From Eukaryota sp. GEM-RC1 (Eukaryota), in NCBI GenBank assembly GCA_040285855.1, contig JAUFOQ010000005.1:1240001-1304000 (forward strand): a stretch of 64,000 bases of DNA, written 5' to 3'. The notes under the pieces were generated by a model. The model saw only the letters and a program-made list of their open reading frames with translations. It searched no databases and was not told the DNA's origin. Positions 58,450-64,000 of the stretch are shown in pieces; the first letter of the stretch is position 1; each line of letters starts with the position of its first letter. The translations under genes were made by a program, and so were the position numbers.

Positions 58450-59646
58450 TTAAGACTCATTGAGTCCAACTACTCCTTCAATTTTAAGTCTGGGATTTAC
58501 TTTTAAAGCCTCTGACAAAGCTCCGGTACCTTCATCTTCAATAGAGTTGTAACCCAGATTAACACTTGTAACTGAAGGATTTACTTTCAACGCCTCTGCC
58601 AAAGCTCTGGCACCGTCATCTCCAATAAGGTTGTAACCCAGATCAATACTTGTAACTGCAGGATTAACTTTCAACGCCTCTGCCAAAGCTCTGGCACCGT
58701 CATCTCCAATAGAGTTGCACTTCAGATTAACACTTGTAACTGAAGTATTAACTTTCAACGCCTCTGCCAAAGTTCTGGCACCTTCATCTCCAATAAAGTT
58801 TCCACCTAGATTAACACTTGTAACTGAAACATTGACTTTCAGCGCAACTGTCAAAGCTTCGGCACCTTCAGCTCCAATAGAGTTGTAACTCAAATCAATA
58901 TTTGTAACTGAAGCATTAACTTTCAACGCATCTGCCAAAGCTCTAGCACCTTCAGCTCCAATAGAGTTGTTCCACAGATTGACACTTGTAACTGAAGCAT
59001 TAACTTTCAAAGACTCTGCCAAAGCTCCGGCACCTTCAGCTCCAATAGAGTTGCTACCTAGTTCAAGACTGGTAATTGTAGAATTGGTTTTCAACGCTTC
59101 AATCAATAACATAGAAACAGAGGTGCGTTGGCCCACCACTAGTACTTCTAGTTGCTTAAGACGTGGAAATAAAGAAGAAGAATTGTTTAGAAACTCTAAA
59201 TCAGAGGGTTCCCTTAGTTTGATTCTCAATCCTGTAATTATACCAGAATAAATAAGACTTTTCCCAATTTCAAAGGTTCTGTGAGTGTGCAAGAAGACAG
59301 ATTGTAGATCAGCTCCAAAGAAAGAAGCAAGTGAAGTTAGTTTGGGAAGGTGTCCAAGATCAGCATGAAAGGTGTGTAATTGAAAAAACACTTTAGCTGC
59401 TTGGCATGAAGAATCAAGGAAGTGAATACTTACATAGCCAACTTGTCCAAAGAATGCAGGTAATGCTGTTTTCAAACCATATAGATGACGATTAGTTCGA
59501 TCCTCAACAAAGTCGAGAGGATCCATGAGAAGACGTCTCAGCAAGTTAAGATGAATCAGAACCAACAAAGTCTGCTGAACTTGGACACGTTTAGAAGGAG
59601 GAGGTGTGGATGAAGGCAATATCGACAGTTCGCCACAGTTAGACAT
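58450..59646 (-). CDS. LRR-family paralog 5 (7 repeats), uninterrupted ORF
   Basis: N-terminal domain and LRRs in one frame; codon homologous to the paralog start is ATA (59713-59715), next ATG at 59646. Confidence 0.88.
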   Translation of the reverse strand: MSNCGELSILPSSTPPPSKRVQVQQTLLVLIHLNLLRRLLMDPLDFVEDRTNRHLYGLKTALPAFFGQVGYVSIHFLDSSCQAAKVFFQLHTFHADLGHLPKLTSLASFFGADLQSVFLHTHRTFEIGKSLIYSGIITGLRIKLREPSDLEFLNNSSSLFPRLKQLEVLVVGQRTSVSMLLIEALKTNSTITSLELGSNSIGAEGAGALAESLKVNASVTSVNLWNNSIGAEGARALADALKVNASVTNIDLSYNSIGAEGAEALTVALKVNVSVTSVNLGGNFIGDEGARTLAEALKVNTSVTSVNLKCNSIGDDGARALAEALKVNPAVTSIDLGYNLIGDDGARALAEALKVNPSVTSVNLGYNSIEDEGTGALSEALKVNPRLKIEGVVGLNES

Positions 59647-59889
59647 CACGGAGGGGAAGCTGGAAGGAGATGAACGACTCCTTTGTAACGAAGGTTCAGG
59701 ACTCGAACGGAGTATTGAACTTTCTCCCTTTTATGTCAACCTGGTTTTATAACCCAGAAACAAACGAACTCCCTAGTCAATAGAAGAGCAGTATTGTCAA
59801 CCTGAGACTTGTCACGTCATCAAAATGATGTACTGTGATGTTCAAAAATAAATGTTATTAGATATTACTAATACTGTATTAGAATATTA

Positions 59890-62106
59890 GGATAAATGTC
59901 AAATATTCTCATTTCCCAAATCAATAATTCACACATACTCAAAATGAAATCAAAAATTCATGACAGTCAATGTCGAGTTCTTGGTTGCATGTGACTCTCA
60001 TTGTAGAAGAATGATTCAAAGTAAGTTTATGTCATGTATGAAGAATGCAGAAGGAACGAACCATGTTAATAGTCATTTACTCTGTACAATTAGTATACGG
60101 ACTTAGAATTCTAAATAATACACTTTTAATAAGCCTAAGTTCCGGCACTAAGCCTAAGATGATGTTGTTAAAACTAGATAGATCGTAAATTTTTCGTGGA
60201 ATCAGGCAATTATGACAACTTAAATATCATTAATCATTTAGCGTTCTAAATCTCAAGCAAAGTTGAAATTTATAATATGGTTCATTTTATATTAATTCTT
60301 CTCAGTTGTAATTCAGTTATATAGTTCTCTTAGTGATTCAGCAATTTTTATATTGGAAAACTTCCTCATGATTGAAAAAGAAACAGCGTTAGAGGATCAG
60401 GTTCACGGTTCGGGGAATACACTGAATTTTCTACTATTACACAAGCGTATGAGAGGCTTCACTTGGCCCAATGATAATATTCATTTGCAAATGTTGGTCA
60501 GAAGATATCACCCACTCACCTATTTAATTGTTGTCATGTTCAGGTCAACAGGTTTGTTGTGTATAATGCAGTTCGAGATGAAATAGTTCTAATGTGTAAA
60601 TCGTACCGGTTAGAATCTTTTCTAGAAACATTGGTGAGTGATTTGACTTTAACTGACAATAACATTAAGGTTTATGGAAAGAGTTGTTCTGACAGGACTT
60701 TTATTTGGCTAAATACTAGTCCAAGGCTTGTTGTCGAAAATATTTCAGTGGATACTTGCAAAGCGTCTAATGAACGACTGGCCATGAATGATGAAAGGAA
60801 TAATTGAAACTGAGAATTCCAAAAATCTTTAAGCTGTGATGAAGAACCCAACAAGCAAGCATCTTTACTACATTCTCTCTCCCTGTGCTTTTTTCTCTTT
60901 TTGGCTCGTTTGGTCCCAAAGCCATGAAATTGTTACAAGAGTTCTGGGCCATGGTAAAACAGCGTTGTAAAAATCGTCTCAAAACATCTCAGAATTGCCT
61001 TGAGAGATTTGCCTGATGACTTTTCCCTAATGTCAGATCGGGACAAAGGATTGATAAAAGGAGCAATGAATGTATTTGGTGAAGATGTACCACATAGTTT
61101 CTGTCTCGTTCATTTGAAAAGAACTTTGAGACAAAATTTAGAGGTGGAAAAAAGTTCTCTCACTTGATTGACTACGCAGGTCGTTGTTACAATCAAAATC
61201 AATTTGATACTGCATTGAATGCCATTGCAGAATGGAATGCTGGTGCTTTTGAATGGTTGTCTGACATTGATGAACGATTTTGGACCCGTATACAATTCCC
61301 AAAAACGAGATATGGTCATGTTACTAACAATTTGAGTGAGTCCTTTAATAACTCTATCAAATTGGAGAGAGGTGAGAATGTAATCATTTTATTGGAGGCA
61401 ATACGGAGATAAACTATGGTCAAGATGAGCGAAAGACTGGAAAAAGCGAAGAAGATGCCCAATGTGGTTAAGAAAGTTGCAGATGATGTAAGAGCGTTAC
61501 TACCAAAAGCAGCAGCTTTTCAGGTTGTTGCTGCAAATCACCAACAGTTTGAAGTACAAGGGGCAAATGCGGCTATCGTTAACTTGTCTAGCAGAAGTTG
61601 TTCCTGTGGAGAATGGCAGGAGAACAAAGTTCCATGTATCCACTCCGTTGCTGTTGCTACTGCTCTGAAAGTACCATTGGTGAAGAATTTCTTCAATCTA
61701 CTTTGCTCAAATGCTATAGTAACTTATTACCACCTATAAGAGCTCGAAACGTCTGGAATTGCAGGGAGTTCGAACAACCTGTAGAACCTCCAATGGAAAG
61801 GCGTGGAAGAGGATGACCAAAAACAAGAAGGATCACGAGTTACGGAGAGCCCGAGATCAAGAAGGGCCGAGGAAGATATGGATGTAGTGTTTGTAAGAAG
61901 AAAGGTCATACTATGAAGTCATGCCCAAACAAGTAGTAGATGATATAGGTGGTTATATTTAATAACAAAAATAAAATAATATTAAAGAAGCAGAGTTTCG
62001 TGTGCAAATTGACTGAGTATAGTTTGAGTATGTTCTGAATTTTTGATTTCATTTTGAGTAGGTGTGAAATATTGATTTGTGAAATGAGTATAAATGAATT
62101 TTATCC
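59890..62106 (+). mobile_element. Degenerate Mutator-like element with transposase pseudogene (~61020-61935)
   Basis: ~70-bp TIRs (GGATAAA...CTCATTTC.CAAATCAATA..TCACAC.TACTCAAAATGAAATCAAAAATTCA); MSDRDKGL, CLVHL, TNNLSESFN, SWIM CSCGEWQENKVPCIH, knuckle CSVCKKKGHTMKSCP. Confidence 0.85.
60370..60990 (+). mobile_element. RLE-type non-LTR retrotransposon fragment inside the Mutator-like element; boundaries approximate
   Basis: YNAVRDEIVLMCK, VVENISVDTCK, SPCAFSLFGSFGPKAMKLL, homologous to the 47943-48415 family. Confidence 0.6.
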
Positions 62107-62555
62107 TATTTATTATCATTGGATGACCCGAAATAGACTGTTTTTCTTCATGGTATGTCACTCCATTGAATATATAAATAATGCACTGTTTCAACAGTCC
62201 GTGTTGAGTTCTTGGTGGGAAGTGAATCCCATCGTGAAACCATTACGGCTCACAGCAAGTTAGTTTCTGCAATAAATTCAATGCAAGACTGCAGCTGTCA
62301 GAAAAATTGACTTCCACAATTTCCAGCTACAATGAATACCGAACACCTGCTAACAGCTTCAACAGTAGTTGGAGGAGATCAAAAGTCTTGCGACTGCTAA
62401 TTTATGAAAGAATATGTTCCATTTGTTGTACTTTAATCTATTTTTTAGAACTTTAGAAGAACAATGGCTCTTTTACAGCTGTTAACAAAATTGTCTGTGG
62501 TTGACATGGCTAGTTGATTACACAAAATCAATACACCAATTGTTCTTGGAAACAA
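62107..62555 (+). repeat. Duplicated LRR-gene upstream flank, copy B
   Basis: Co-linear with 56970-57480. Confidence 0.85.
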
Positions 62556-63114
62556 AAAAAATCAAAAAATTGATTCTAGTGGTCATGTAGTAATTAAATG
62601 AAACATCACATAGTCCTTAAAGCTTTTCTACTGTTATTCATTAGTGGTTTTGCTTTGGTCTGATGTATTTGGGTTATCAATAGGAAATTGAGGTGATGAA
62701 CCAAATATTATCCAATTCAAATACCGAAAGGAATTGCATATAAATCACAACTCTTGTGGTTTGCAGGATGTAGAATGTTCAGATCATCCCGAACCACAAC
62801 CAAGAGGAATACACAATCAAAAAGAGTCACTCTAGTATAGTAAATCAGTTCACCTTCCACAGAGAACCACAGCTATCCCTGGTGTTCATTAATTAGTTGC
62901 TGATCTATATACAATAACAGTGATGTTGATCTCAAAACAGTGTTTTGCAGTACCTCTTTCGTTGGAGAAATGTAAAGTTTTATTGTATACAATTCAATGA
63001 ACATTCTTTTGATATCACAATGTGAATTGATGTAAAATCTGTGAAGTTAGTGGGATTCAACCAAAACTTTTGATCAAGAGTCATGTTTTACATGTATTTA
63101 CGAACAATAAAAAT

Positions 63115-63442
63115 CATAGTTGTACTTCACATCAATATTGCTCTGTTTTGTGATTTGCGATCACAAATCACATTCACAAAGTGTGATAACAATGATCACA
63201 ATAATCCAATTCGTGGGGTTCAGAATGACCAGTCTGCCACTCAGATATGACAAATAATTGACTTGTCTTGTTTATATTTCATTTATCTGACTAAAATCTG
63301 ACAAATATACAAAATAACAACCAAGGTTAGCGTCGACAATGGTTATCACAAATCACAATTGTGATCACAATAATCCGACCATTTTTACACTTTTGTGATC
63401 ATAGATCACACATCACAGTGTGATTTGTGATGTACAACTATG
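63115..63442. mobile_element. hAT-type MITE related to 23110-24459
   Basis: TIR CATAGTTGTAC / GTACAACTATG; perfect TSD ATAAAAAT; ATCAC/GTGAT repeats. Confidence 0.88.
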
Positions 63443-63451
63443 ATAAAAATC

Positions 63452-64000
63452 GGGGTAAAATTCATTTATACTCATTTCACAAATCATTATTTCACACATA
63501 CTCAAATTGAAATCAAAAATTCAAACCATACTCAATCTATACTCAGTCAATATCCACATAAAACTCTGCTTCTTCAATCTCGCTGTATTTCTTATAACCA
63601 CTGTTGTATCATCATGTATTACTTGGTCTGACATGACTTCATAGTATGTCGCTTCTTCGTACAGACACTACACATCCATGTCATCATCGATCCTTCCTTC
63701 TTGACCTCTAACTCTCAGTAACTCGTGACCCTTCTTCTGCTTTTCAATTGTAGGTTCTACCTGTTGCTCGAACTCACCACCACGGGACTTTGTTCTCCTG
63801 CCACTCTTTACAGGAACAACTGCTGTTGGACAAGTTAACGAAGCAACAACCTGAAAAGCTGCTGGTGCTCTTACATCACCTGAAGTTTTTTTTATTCAAA
63901 GTGGGTCATTTTCTTAGCTTTGTTGAATCTTTCATTCATTTTGGCCATCTGATAGATGTTCTACGAATTGTTTCCAATAAATTGATCGTCCTTCTATTTT
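63452..64000 (-). mobile_element. Second degraded Mutator-like copy (3' end), running off the window
   Basis: 63452-63575 is the reverse complement of 61985-62106; decayed knuckle and SWIM codons follow. Confidence 0.75.

Overview
AT-rich, gene-dense DNA from a unicellular eukaryote. A flagellated protist is suggested by RSPH1, BRF1, MAT1, Sec22, a cullin and 29-31 nt GT-AG introns; a metamonad-like lineage is inference only. About 25 mostly intronless genes and one tRNA-Asn are interspersed with many transposons. These include 11 hAT-type elements with short TIRs and 8-bp TSDs (one near-complete, several nested up to three deep), Mutator-like elements, Tc1/mariner-like MITEs and four 3' fragments of a restriction-like-endonuclease non-LTR retrotransposon. 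The most striking coding feature is a five-member gene family with a conserved, possibly F-box-like N-terminus. It is followed by 1-11 near-identical 84-bp LRR modules whose variation is concentrated in a few predicted binding-face codons, with modules reused within and between paralogs: a candidate diversifying recognition repertoire. Many genes carry single-base frameshifts in homopolymer runs, most simply long-read assembly errors. All family assignments are by motif recognition; no searches were run.
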